The notes below the pieces were generated by a model. It was not told the DNA's origin and did not search any database. It saw only the letters and a program-made list of their open reading frames with translations. Shown in pieces: positions 53,192-62,453 of a DNA stretch of 64,000 bases. Numbering within the stretch: the first letter of the stretch is position 1; every line of letters begins with the position of its first letter. The translations under genes and the position numbers were made by a program. Origin of the DNA: a virus. Taxonomy: Duplodnaviria > Heunggongvirae > Uroviricota > Caudoviricetes. The DNA lies in IMG/VR virus record IMGVR_UViG_3300002026_000057; one strand, written 5' to 3'.

Positions 53192-53516
53192 TCATTGAAT
53201 GAATAAAAATTTGTTTCGGAAGTTCTTGGTCATGGTCAATACAATAATTAATCATCCATTGAGCACAATGAAACCCGGTCTTTTCTTTACAAATATCATA
53301 AAAATCCTGATCAATATGATCTTGAACATCGTAATGAACATCAGCTAAATCATGATCAAATGATACAATTTCCGGTAAACCATTATCTTGAATATACTTC
53401 ACAAACTCATCGTAGTTACGAACAACGACCCATTCTTTTGTTGCATATTCTGGTATTGGGAAATACATATGTGCATCCTCAACATTCCGAAAATCATCTA
53501 GAAATAAATTATACAT
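53127..53516 (-). CDS. hypothetical protein (129 aa); start likely downstream of the overlap
   Basis: ORF overlaps the next gene by ~65 nt. Confidence 0.4.
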   Translation of the reverse strand: MYNLFLDDFRNVEDAHMYFPIPEYATKEWVVVRNYDEFVKYIQDNGLPEIVSFDHDLADVHYDVQDHIDQDFYDICKEKTGFHCAQWMINYCIDHDQELPKQIFIHSMNGVGARNIKSLFTTYRKVYGK

Positions 53517-53525
53517 TTTGTCATT

Positions 53526-54059
53526 TTAATTGTCAAACCAGAAAACAACAACAACCTCATTTCGTCCATTGTTTTCAAGAGCTTTCATTGTTTTTAAGAG
53601 TACTTTATACTCAAGTCCAACATCATATTTCTCTGATTTTTTATACCACGAATATGCCTGTTTCAATTCTTTCACCGTCATCCAACTATGTGAGTGCCAG
53701 TCTGGGTGATAGGTGTACCACGGTTTACCATCCTTGTCTTTGATTATTGGTCTTCCCCATCGCTGGGCGTCTTCCAATGTACAACAATTTTCATGTGGAT
53801 TTGACTCTTCCGTGATGTATAGGAATAAATCCCGTCTGGCCGCCCATCCTAATCCAAATTCAGGAATACCTTTTGGGTCAAATCCCTTATAAGTACTACC
53901 TCTCACACCGGCTAATATACTAAACATTGTGTAGTTTCGGCCAGGATTTATTGTACCACCAAAATTATCCCACCAATCTGTATTTTGGCCTCTTTTAGCG
54001 TTTTCCTTAACACCTTTCTTTTCTCTGTACTGAATGTACATATGAATATCTGCTCCCAT
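53526..54059 (-). CDS. hypothetical protein (177 aa)
   Basis: ORF. Trp-rich. Confidence 0.45.
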   Translation of the reverse strand: MGADIHMYIQYREKKGVKENAKRGQNTDWWDNFGGTINPGRNYTMFSILAGVRGSTYKGFDPKGIPEFGLGWAARRDLFLYITEESNPHENCCTLEDAQRWGRPIIKDKDGKPWYTYHPDWHSHSWMTVKELKQAYSWYKKSEKYDVGLEYKVLLKTMKALENNGRNEVVVVFWFDN

Positions 54060-54063
54060 AATT

Positions 54064-54957
54064 TTATTTGTTTAAGTGTTTAAAATATTCTCTAATTGAA
54101 ATATTGTTCCAAGTTATAATATCTTTACTTCTACTTGAAGGTGCAAAGGTTTTACTAACCGCATTGATGTAAAAAGAGTATTCACCTTGGTTAAATGTTC
54201 CCCATTGTTCATCATCGAAAAACCTTCTTATTTGTAGTTGAACCAATGCAAGGTTATCAAATGAGACAACATCAAATTCGGTAAAAAGTTTTGAAACCCA
54301 CCAAAACCATTCTTTATGTGATTGACTTGTTAAATCTACTTTACCTTCATTGAATCCGAAATCTTTTTCACCTAGAATTAGTATTTTTTTTACTCCTTTG
54401 TCTTTAAGTGATAAAATCTCATTAAAGGTATCAATTCCATTAATTACGTGAAAAACAGTGTTTTTGTAATTTAGGAAATGATCTGGAATATTCCATTTTA
54501 ATCCACTTCTATATGAAATACCTAAACCTTTAATAAACCCATTAGTAATTAAAGAGTCTAATCCCTCATAATACCTCATTAGATGACCCTGGTTAACAGT
54601 TAAGTTCACAATGAACCCTCTGTGACCGCACCACATAATAAACTCCTCCAGACCCTCCGTAAGGTCGTTACACCCAATTGCTAGTTCAATACCTTTTGGT
54701 AATTCGTCAAGGGTGGCTTTTAACTCTTCATAATCACACTCTCGACCATCAGTCGTAGCACTTTCATGACAGAAATCACACACCCCAACACCTGTTTTCG
54801 GATTACGTCCAAATAAACATTTAGTTGAAACCCGAATATCCAGGTTCAATGGGTATTCAAATTGGAATGATGGATCGGGAGTCGTAATAACTCTCGTTCC
54901 ATCATCACGCAATTCAACGATTGCATTACCATTACGATATTTTGCTATCAATCCCAT
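54064..54957 (-). CDS. hypothetical protein with CX12CX2C cysteine cluster (possible atypical radical-SAM/Fe-S enzyme, QueE-like?)
   Basis: VSTKCLFGRNPKTGVGVCDFCHES. The spacing resembles the atypical cluster motif of some QueE enzymes. Speculative. Confidence 0.35.
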   Translation of the reverse strand: MGLIAKYRNGNAIVELRDDGTRVITTPDPSFQFEYPLNLDIRVSTKCLFGRNPKTGVGVCDFCHESATTDGRECDYEELKATLDELPKGIELAIGCNDLTEGLEEFIMWCGHRGFIVNLTVNQGHLMRYYEGLDSLITNGFIKGLGISYRSGLKWNIPDHFLNYKNTVFHVINGIDTFNEILSLKDKGVKKILILGEKDFGFNEGKVDLTSQSHKEWFWWVSKLFTEFDVVSFDNLALVQLQIRRFFDDEQWGTFNQGEYSFYINAVSKTFAPSSRSKDIITWNNISIREYFKHLNK

Positions 54958-55382
54958 TATTCTTCTTTAGCTTTCTCCCAAACGTGTTTACTGTTAACAG
55001 AACAATCTTCACATAGAGTTGTTATCCAACCTTTTGTGTGCCCTATATTTTTAGTGCTTCCACAATTTTCACACACTTTATATGACAATGATTCAACGAA
55101 AGATATAACTGCATACTGCTCAGGGGTCGCCGATTCAACATAAAAAGATAGACCGCCAAACTTTTCTTTAACTTGAGATGCCACCACTTGTGGATATTTT
55201 CCATCTCTGTTGTTCTTATCGGTATTCCATTGTAAATTAGAACACAATTGATCGATAAGCCAGTACCACCCATCACTACACTCAAATCCCCACACCATAC
55301 AAGTCTGTTTCATATCTCCGTGGCGATTTGCAAATATCTTAGGATATTTTGCACATAACTTTTCATCAAGTTCTTGTCTCAT
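54957..55382 (-). CDS. Cys-rich protein (141 aa)
   Basis: CENCGSTKNIGHTKGWITTLCEDC zinc-ribbon-like. Confidence 0.45.
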   Translation of the reverse strand: MRQELDEKLCAKYPKIFANRHGDMKQTCMVWGFECSDGWYWLIDQLCSNLQWNTDKNNRDGKYPQVVASQVKEKFGGLSFYVESATPEQYAVISFVESLSYKVCENCGSTKNIGHTKGWITTLCEDCSVNSKHVWEKAKEE

Positions 55383-56248
55383 TACAATTCTTTTAATTCA
55401 AATTTTATTGATTTTATTAAACCGGGAGTTGCTATTCCACGTTCGGTCTTAACAACGTATTTTTCGTTATAATTTGATTTTGGGCCCATTTCCTCATCCA
55501 CTTCATTACAAATCCGTCTCCACCTATCATCACCCTCTTTCAAGAAAAGAATTTCATTTTTAGAATAATTCTGTGCAAGGGAGTAGTTTTTTTCGTAAAA
55601 TACATTCCTTGGTCTGGAAATTTGCCAGTAAATACCATCCTCCTTTATGATCCCTCCCTCAGCCGTTAGATAAACTCCGTCTACTAAGGAATCAATTCCA
55701 GCTGAAAGTTCTTCATCATTCGGATATGATAGATATTTGGTTGTTTCCTTCAAACCATCAATAACGAGTTCGAATTTATATTCAGGAACAATTTGTTTTC
55801 CGTCTTTGAATTCAGGAACATGAAAAAATGTTGGGTCAGGGCCAGAGTTATCGTTTCCGATGAATAACCATGAGTTCTTGTTAAAGATGAAATTTCTCAT
55901 TGCCTCTTTGTTTCCACGAAGATCTTCAGTTGTTCCAACGCCATCATGGTCAATATATCCATCACCTTCATTAAAAATGATGTCGGTTGCTCCCGTTTGC
56001 TCCATTACAACCTCTTTGATAAGGTCTTCCTGACCGAAACTATCCTGAAATACGTACGCCAATTTAGTCATCGAGTCATTATATTTTTCCCAACCCCAAC
56101 CAAATTCTTGTCCAAAAACCCTAATAATCCCGTTTTGATCGGGATAAATCGTGTCATAAACAAATTCTTGGTCTTCCCTAGCCACTGAAAGACTATGAGA
56201 ACTTGAACTGTTAGTTTCAAATACACCTGTTCTTACAATTTTTTTCAT
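55382..56248 (-). CDS. hypothetical protein (288 aa)
   Basis: ORF. Confidence 0.5.
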   Translation of the reverse strand: MKKIVRTGVFETNSSSSHSLSVAREDQEFVYDTIYPDQNGIIRVFGQEFGWGWEKYNDSMTKLAYVFQDSFGQEDLIKEVVMEQTGATDIIFNEGDGYIDHDGVGTTEDLRGNKEAMRNFIFNKNSWLFIGNDNSGPDPTFFHVPEFKDGKQIVPEYKFELVIDGLKETTKYLSYPNDEELSAGIDSLVDGVYLTAEGGIIKEDGIYWQISRPRNVFYEKNYSLAQNYSKNEILFLKEGDDRWRRICNEVDEEMGPKSNYNEKYVVKTERGIATPGLIKSIKFELKEL

Positions 56249-56310
56249 TTTTTTATAATTTTTAATTCTACAAATATAAGGAAATTATTTCATTCCGCCA
56301 AAACTTTTAT

Positions 56311-56709
56311 TTAAAATCTGTAAACTAATTCATCTTCTCGGTTATATATGGAAGTAACGGAATTTTCGCCGTGTACTAAAGAGAATGTCCACCCCATATA
56401 TTTTAATGTTCTACTAGGAAACGATTTGGTAAGAACATCAAACGGTTTAACATATGTCCCCTCATATTGAGCGATGTCAAGAATTATAAAAAGAATTCTC
56501 CATGGATCGGGGAATATGTCATGTGTTGTGAGCCTTTCAAACCTCTTGTTATCTTTATCAATTATTTTGTTCATCAACACATTGAATGAATCTTCATCAG
56601 TATAAAACCTTTTGATTCTTTTCATATTCATTGTTTCTTTTTCTGATCTATCAAAATAGTATTGAAAGAGATCGGTGAGATTCACATAGTTGTTTTCTAA
56701 TGGGTTCAT
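56311..56709 (-). CDS. hypothetical protein (132 aa)
   Basis: ORF. Confidence 0.45.
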   Translation of the reverse strand: MNPLENNYVNLTDLFQYYFDRSEKETMNMKRIKRFYTDEDSFNVLMNKIIDKDNKRFERLTTHDIFPDPWRILFIILDIAQYEGTYVKPFDVLTKSFPSRTLKYMGWTFSLVHGENSVTSIYNREDELVYRF

Positions 56710-56711
56710 AT

Positions 56712-57179
56712 TTAAAGATTTAATTGTTTTAATTGATTAATAGTGTCAATAGATGAGGTATGAAGAATTCCAACGCCACCCGACTCTCTCCATTGTTCGA
56801 TGTTTGAATCTAAATCGTCAATTAATATTGAATTGGGTGATGCAAATTCTCTTTTTTGACTAGCAGATCTTAAAATCAAGTGAACGCCAGGAAGTTCACG
56901 TTCAACCCATTTAGCTTTTCCAACCCTTGAGTCGTTTTTAATTGATGGAGCAGATAAAAGCTCGGGATTATACTTCTTAATATAATCCCACAGAGCTTTA
57001 CCATCATGTGTCCATTCCAAGTTAACCCAGAAATTAACACCTGCTTTATCAATGGGGTCCCAGAACTTCTTATCAGATTGATACTGTCCTGAGATATCTC
57101 TTCCCGTTAATTCAAGGTATCCTTTTAAAAAGTCAACAAGAACACCGTCCATATCACAATATAATTTATATTTCTCCAT
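56712..57179 (-). CDS. HAD-family 5'(3')-deoxyribonucleotidase-like phosphatase
   Basis: N-terminal LYCDMDGVLVDF is HAD motif I (DxDGV). Confidence 0.55.
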   Translation of the reverse strand: MEKYKLYCDMDGVLVDFLKGYLELTGRDISGQYQSDKKFWDPIDKAGVNFWVNLEWTHDGKALWDYIKKYNPELLSAPSIKNDSRVGKAKWVERELPGVHLILRSASQKREFASPNSILIDDLDSNIEQWRESGGVGILHTSSIDTINQLKQLNL

Positions 57180-57185
57180 ATTTTC

Positions 57186-58247
57186 TTAATTATCATCTCC
57201 TTCACTATCATTTATAGTGAATGGTTTAGAATATTTTGGGTATATTTTTGCCCAAATCATCTGACTAATATCTTTCCCATCTGCCAAATTGAAAAATACC
57301 CCACGGAGACTTTTATCATATGTAAAAATTTTCTCAGCAAGTTCTTTTCTGGTTTTATAACCCTGACACTCAATTTCAGAAGTGTAAGTGTATTTCATCT
57401 TACCTTCAATAGACTGAAACAATTTAGTCATAGTATCAATTTGGTCATGTACCCAAGAGTCGAACTCATCAGGAACGTGTTCCAATAATTGATCTATTGG
57501 TAAACCATCTTTAAGATATGTCCAAATATCTCTACTTGAAATCTTAGTGACGATAGAATGTAAACGACAATATTCTTCGCCTTTTATTTTCATTCTGAAC
57601 CCAGACTTGAATCGAATAACATACCCTTCAGCATCTGGTTTAATGCTCGATTTAATTGTTTCAAAATCGGTCACTCCGTCATATTTTTGTACAACGGTAC
57701 AACCTAAATCTTCAAATCCAACGTTATGTACTGGTAATTCAATTCCCGAAACTATTTCTATGCGTCCTAAAAGAACTAAACCTTCAAAATCATATTTACA
57801 TACAATTCTACCTTCTTTGAAAATAATTTCAAAAATGTAGGTATAATCCTTTGCAAATTTTTCATATTCGAAAGCTTTAAGCAATTGTTTAGCTCGTTCT
57901 GCATACATAGAAGTGAAGGATCCTCGTGAAGCGAAAATCCATTCATCTTCGTACCAGAATAACAATCCCAACTGACCATCCATTTTTTCGAATAAATCGA
58001 ATGGTTCATCAGGAATTGGATAGTTTACGTTTAACAATTGTTCCCAATTGAAAAACTTGTTGAAGCACCGTGAAACAATATCACCTTTTGAGTTTGTTAC
58101 CAAACCACGGCACATCAAAGTGATTTCATCCCAATGGTCTTCCCATTGAGTCTGACGAGAATAGTTCCAAATAGTCAAATCCTTGTATGGGTGTGACTGT
58201 TTGATTAACCAACCTTCGTCATAATATTTGTTTAATACTTCTAACAT
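57186..58247 (-). CDS. ATP-dependent RNA/DNA ligase (nucleotidyltransferase superfamily, Rnl-like)
   Basis: Motif I FEKMDGQLG (KxDG), motif V-like EGYVIRFKSGFRMKIKGEEY. Confidence 0.6.
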   Translation of the reverse strand: MLEVLNKYYDEGWLIKQSHPYKDLTIWNYSRQTQWEDHWDEITLMCRGLVTNSKGDIVSRCFNKFFNWEQLLNVNYPIPDEPFDLFEKMDGQLGLLFWYEDEWIFASRGSFTSMYAERAKQLLKAFEYEKFAKDYTYIFEIIFKEGRIVCKYDFEGLVLLGRIEIVSGIELPVHNVGFEDLGCTVVQKYDGVTDFETIKSSIKPDAEGYVIRFKSGFRMKIKGEEYCRLHSIVTKISSRDIWTYLKDGLPIDQLLEHVPDEFDSWVHDQIDTMTKLFQSIEGKMKYTYTSEIECQGYKTRKELAEKIFTYDKSLRGVFFNLADGKDISQMIWAKIYPKYSKPFTINDSEGDDN

Positions 58248-58248
58248 T

Positions 58249-58902
58249 TTATCGTTTATTTTTCATTCCATCCATATGATGGTCAAGAACCGTTGCATAT
58301 TCTGAACAAATTGGTCTTGCATCCATCAATGGAAAAACTTCGGTTCTTAAATTATATGGTCGGAATTCTGGGTGTCCATCTATCCCGATATCCATTTTCT
58401 TACCTTTACCAAATCTATTATCACCCGTAAGGTGAGTATGACCGTGTAAGTGTATTGATCCTTGTTTCATATCTTTCCAAGACTGAATTGGATAATGGGT
58501 CAAATGGAATTTTCTTTTATCACATATAAAATCGTCTTCCATTTTATCAACATAAAGAAAAATTTCTCTGATTCCATTTTTATTGTTCTTCTGATGATGA
58601 TCGTGGTTTCCAAGAATCTTATAAATGTTTTTGCAAACCAATCTGTCATAAAATTCACGTATAGATTCAAATCCGCCAAATGACCAGTCACCTAAGTGAA
58701 TAAACGCATCATCCTGCATAACAACAGCGTTGATGTTATTTACAATTGCAGAATTCATCGCTTCCAAATCAGGGAAATCCCTTGTTTGAAGATTTGGTAT
58801 ATCTCCGTCGTGGGTTCTCCATTCAGTTACACCCCTACAAATATTTTTATGATTGTAGTGGGTATCTGATGAAATCCATATATTTTTATTTTCTATTCTC
58901 AT
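58249..58902 (-). CDS. calcineurin-like metallophosphoesterase (second copy)
   Basis: SSDTHYNH, LGDWSFGG, GNHDHH and HLHGHTH motifs. 2-bp gap to the ligase gene. Confidence 0.65.
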   Translation of the reverse strand: MRIENKNIWISSDTHYNHKNICRGVTEWRTHDGDIPNLQTRDFPDLEAMNSAIVNNINAVVMQDDAFIHLGDWSFGGFESIREFYDRLVCKNIYKILGNHDHHQKNNKNGIREIFLYVDKMEDDFICDKRKFHLTHYPIQSWKDMKQGSIHLHGHTHLTGDNRFGKGKKMDIGIDGHPEFRPYNLRTEVFPLMDARPICSEYATVLDHHMDGMKNKR

Positions 58903-58905
58903 TAT

Positions 58906-59721
58906 TTAAAAATTTTTTACTATTATTTCTATTGTTCCTTTTCCCTTTTTCTTGGCAACCTTCTCATAGTCATAATCAAGATCAATGATTTTATAATTTT
59001 TCAATCTATCGAGATGAGGATTAACTATTCCATTATGTTCTCTCACATTACTCATTACAAATCTTACTCCTCTCGCATCCAATATATCCAACATCGTATA
59101 CAATTTGAGTTCTCTATCAAACGACCAATATGCGTTGTACCCAGCCTCTGTAATCAAATAAGGTGGATCGAGATATACGAAATCATCTTTTCCGGGAATC
59201 TCATCCAATAAGAATTCAATATAGTCCTGACTTGTGAAAGATATATTTTTTTCATTAATAATTCTATGATAGTCCAATAATTTTGTAACAGTACTATCAT
59301 TTATTGTTCTTTTTCCAAATGTTTGGTTAAACTTCAATTTCTTATTAAACCTCATCATATTATTCGTACATGATGAAACCAATGCGAAAAATAAAAAAGG
59401 ATTTTGAACTACATTAAATTCTTCCCTAACCCTATTATACTCATCCTGATCGGTTTTTGAAATTGCAAAACTCTTAACCAAATTCACAAATTCTTCCCCA
59501 GTTCGGTTTCGTTGGAATTCTCTGTAAAATTCAATCATCGGTGATATAACGTCGTTTGCAACAATATTCTTATATTCAGAATTTATTGTAACCGATAATC
59601 CACCCGCAAAGACATCATAAAATGTGTCAACATCCTTCGGAAAGTGTTCCAACAATACGGGCATCAATTTATCTTTTGCTCCGGTAAAATTCAACGGGGA
59701 TTTATATATCTTTTTTTCCAT
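58906..59721 (-). CDS. DNA N6-adenine methyltransferase, Dam-like (alpha class)
   Basis: Motif I FYDVFAGGLSV precedes motif IV VYLDPPYL. Confidence 0.75.
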   Translation of the reverse strand: MEKKIYKSPLNFTGAKDKLMPVLLEHFPKDVDTFYDVFAGGLSVTINSEYKNIVANDVISPMIEFYREFQRNRTGEEFVNLVKSFAISKTDQDEYNRVREEFNVVQNPFLFFALVSSCTNNMMRFNKKLKFNQTFGKRTINDSTVTKLLDYHRIINEKNISFTSQDYIEFLLDEIPGKDDFVYLDPPYLITEAGYNAYWSFDRELKLYTMLDILDARGVRFVMSNVREHNGIVNPHLDRLKNYKIIDLDYDYEKVAKKKGKGTIEIIVKNF

Positions 59722-59753
59722 GAGACAAAGATAATCATTTTTTTTTAATACAC

Positions 59754-59796
59754 AAAAAAAAACCTCACTAAATTATCAGTGAGGTGTTTTTTTTTT
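59754..59796. terminator. bidirectional terminator A9-CCTCACTAAATTATCAGTGAGG-T10
   Basis: Perfect hairpin with long A- and T-runs between convergent or adjacent operons. Confidence 0.65.
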
Positions 59797-59813
59797 CAAA
59801 AATGTTAAATGAT

Positions 59814-60062
59814 TTACAACATTCGGTCAATCTTTAACTTCCTAAGTAATTCTGATAATTCTTCACATTCAGCATCACTGACTCTTGTTTCACACCATTG
59901 TGATGATAATTTACCCAATAGTTTTGCTTCTTCCGTTGACATAAAAACCTCACGAGCTTTTTCTCGTTGGTGGGTAGTTAACGCTTGGTCATATGTGTCT
60001 TCATTTATAACACTCATAAGACTCTTTAATTGTGATTCGGTTAATTTAATTTTCTTACTCAT
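59814..60062 (-). CDS. small protein (82 aa) carrying the shared N-terminal motif (MSKKIKLTESQLKSLM...)
   Basis: N-terminal KLTESQLKSL matches the I/L-TE-x-QL motif of 663..1196, 1201..1785 and 40257..41654. Confidence 0.45.
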   Translation of the reverse strand: MSKKIKLTESQLKSLMSVINEDTYDQALTTHQREKAREVFMSTEEAKLLGKLSSQWCETRVSDAECEELSELLRKLKIDRML

Positions 60063-60067
60063 AATTT

Positions 60068-61690
60068 CTAAGCGTTTTCATCTTCTGGATTATATTGTGA
60101 TGCTAATTGTACTAATTCAACCATTTGTTCAAGTACAGCATCTGGATCAATACTATTTTTTATGTTTTCACCTGTACGTGTGAAGAAATCAGGTAAGAAT
60201 CCTGTCTTATACCCGCTTTTTGTTCTTCCCTCATTCACAAAGAATTCTATGTTCTTTTCAAGTGTGAAATCATCGGAATTAATATCACCAAGAGGTTTAC
60301 GTAATCCCGTTACCACTGGCTGAAATAATTCACCAATTTTAACCCCTTGACCTGTTTCTGGGTGTCTAACATTTAATTCTGATGTAAATATTGACTTGAT
60401 TATATATTCATTTCCTACTACTTCACCTTTTACTTCAAGTTTACTTTCAATTGTAACACCCTTATTACCTTCTTGTATATTTTTTGATAATAAGTTATAT
60501 ACAGGGGTTTTTCCACCTTCTCTTTGAAAGAAGTTTTCATCATGTACCCTTTGTTTTGCATACCAATTACCACCTTGGTAAATATAGTTTGCGTGTCTTC
60601 TTGGAACTGCTGTTGATACATCACGATCTCTTTTTCCTCCTTCACCATCATCATCAATTGCTCCCATTGCTAAGTCAGCTCGAAGGTCCATAACTTCGTC
60701 AATTGCCTCTTCAACGTTATCCAAATCTCTAACAGCAAAAAAGTCAGCATCTATTTCTGCTGTGGTTCCACCAAACTTTCTAATTTTACTCACGTTTGTA
60801 GTATGCTCAGTTCTGATTGATGTTGCCCAAGTTTCAGGAATTAATGAAATGTCCAATTTATCAAGGAGACCATGTTCTGAGAACATTTTATTTATAAGTG
60901 GAAATAATGCGTATCTTTTAGCTCTTGCGTTCTGTAATGTTTCCACCCTTTCCTTCCAAGCTTCTTTTTCTTCATCTGATGCGTCTTCGGCAGGAGGATT
61001 ATCTAATAAATTTTCTAGAACATCTCTATCAGGAGGGTTACCTGTTGATAGTCTTCTTGGAAGGTTTTTCATATATTCTCCACTCATCATATTATCAGCT
61101 AAGATAACATATCTAGTTTTCACTGTTGGTCTATCCAAATTCTCATCTTCACCATGGTTTCTGAATATTAACATCCACTTATCACTTGGGAGACGAGCTA
61201 CTACTTTACTAATAACCACTCCTTCGACCATTTCACCAGTATCGGGATCTTCACAAACAATCCTTTTTGGCGGTTCAGATTTTTTACCAACCGTTAGTTG
61301 ATCCACTGGAATTCTTATTGCTTCTGGTAATTCCTCTCTTTGAAAAACTGAACCCCTATTTGGGGCAATGTCTTGCTCGGCTACCATTGCTAATTCTGGT
61401 TCAACTTCAGGTTCTAATGTACGTATTTTACCCCTTTCAGGATTAACATTACCTTGAGGAATATTATTTTGTCCTATGTCCGAAGAATTATTCTTTTCTA
61501 CGGGTTCAAAAAGAATTGGATATTTGTTATAGTCATCAATATAAACGTTTTTATCTGGTGGGAACTGCTTGTCAAGTTCAGCTTTGTAATTAATCTGTTC
61601 TATGATTAAGGACACTAGATGTTTTATAGGTATTTTTGCCATTTTTAAATGTGTTTCTTTATAAATATATTCAATTTCATTTGCGTCCAA
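60068..61690 (-). CDS. hypothetical protein (540 aa)
   Basis: Long ORF. No motif identified. Confidence 0.55.
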   Translation of the reverse strand: MDANEIEYIYKETHLKMAKIPIKHLVSLIIEQINYKAELDKQFPPDKNVYIDDYNKYPILFEPVEKNNSSDIGQNNIPQGNVNPERGKIRTLEPEVEPELAMVAEQDIAPNRGSVFQREELPEAIRIPVDQLTVGKKSEPPKRIVCEDPDTGEMVEGVVISKVVARLPSDKWMLIFRNHGEDENLDRPTVKTRYVILADNMMSGEYMKNLPRRLSTGNPPDRDVLENLLDNPPAEDASDEEKEAWKERVETLQNARAKRYALFPLINKMFSEHGLLDKLDISLIPETWATSIRTEHTTNVSKIRKFGGTTAEIDADFFAVRDLDNVEEAIDEVMDLRADLAMGAIDDDGEGGKRDRDVSTAVPRRHANYIYQGGNWYAKQRVHDENFFQREGGKTPVYNLLSKNIQEGNKGVTIESKLEVKGEVVGNEYIIKSIFTSELNVRHPETGQGVKIGELFQPVVTGLRKPLGDINSDDFTLEKNIEFFVNEGRTKSGYKTGFLPDFFTRTGENIKNSIDPDAVLEQMVELVQLASQYNPEDENA

Positions 61691-61940
61691 TTCTTTTTGC
61701 CCAATCTTTCTTGATTTCAGAACTATTAGACGAAATAAATCTCATATCGCTAGTATAATCAATATAGTCGTAATCGTTTACAACTTCTTTTGGATCTGGG
61801 AGAACCTCATCATCTATATCTTCTCGATAATACCTCACCCTATCATTTATCACTCGTCTAACAGTTCTCCAGTAAATTGCAGATTTGTTATAATTTCTAG
61901 GGGTATCTTTTAATATTGGTAATTTTCTACTTCTACTCAT
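61677..61940 (-). CDS. hypothetical protein (87 aa)
   Basis: ORF. Confidence 0.4.
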   Translation of the reverse strand: MSRSRKLPILKDTPRNYNKSAIYWRTVRRVINDRVRYYREDIDDEVLPDPKEVVNDYDYIDYTSDMRFISSNSSEIKKDWAKRIGRK

Positions 61941-62439
61941 AATTAAGAGTCGTAAGAATTTTTTCTTTAATATTACTTTGTTTTATCCCCTCATTTACTT
62001 TAGGGGTTCTTACAAAATGTTTTGGACTTATCCACGGACTTAAATCTAAGTCATCAATTGCAATCCAATTTTGAATTTCATGCTCGTGTACGTATTTCAG
62101 TATTTCATCCGCACGACAATCTTCTAATTGCGAGAGTGAAGTAAATTTAACCCCCCATAGGTCAGGTGTTATATCGGTAACAATGGTATTTACAGAATTC
62201 CATTTGAAAATCTCATTCATCTGCTCAATACTATATTGTTTACCCCAATCACTGGAAAGTATTATAATTGGATTTACCATTTCTATTATTGAATTGAATA
62301 TTTTAACACACTTTTCATCAAAACGATAACAATTATACATTGGATGCCAATGTTTTCGATTGGTGTTAAATTGATGAGAGGTGGCTAATACGCCATCGAT
62401 GTCTAAAAATATGTAAGGGTTCATAATACAAAAATACAA
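61933..62439 (-). CDS. HAD-family phosphatase (nucleotidase-like)
   Basis: N-terminal YIFLDIDGVLAT is HAD motif I. Confidence 0.5.
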   Translation of the reverse strand: MYFCIMNPYIFLDIDGVLATSHQFNTNRKHWHPMYNCYRFDEKCVKIFNSIIEMVNPIIILSSDWGKQYSIEQMNEIFKWNSVNTIVTDITPDLWGVKFTSLSQLEDCRADEILKYVHEHEIQNWIAIDDLDLSPWISPKHFVRTPKVNEGIKQSNIKEKILTTLNYE

Positions 62440-62453
62440 AAAAAAATTAACAA

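Noticed and set aside
59809-60183. Plus-strand ORF of 124 aa overlapping 59814..60062
   Set aside because: The minus-strand ORF carries the conserved family N-terminal motif and fits the strand polarity of the operon. The plus-strand ORF has a low-complexity translation.
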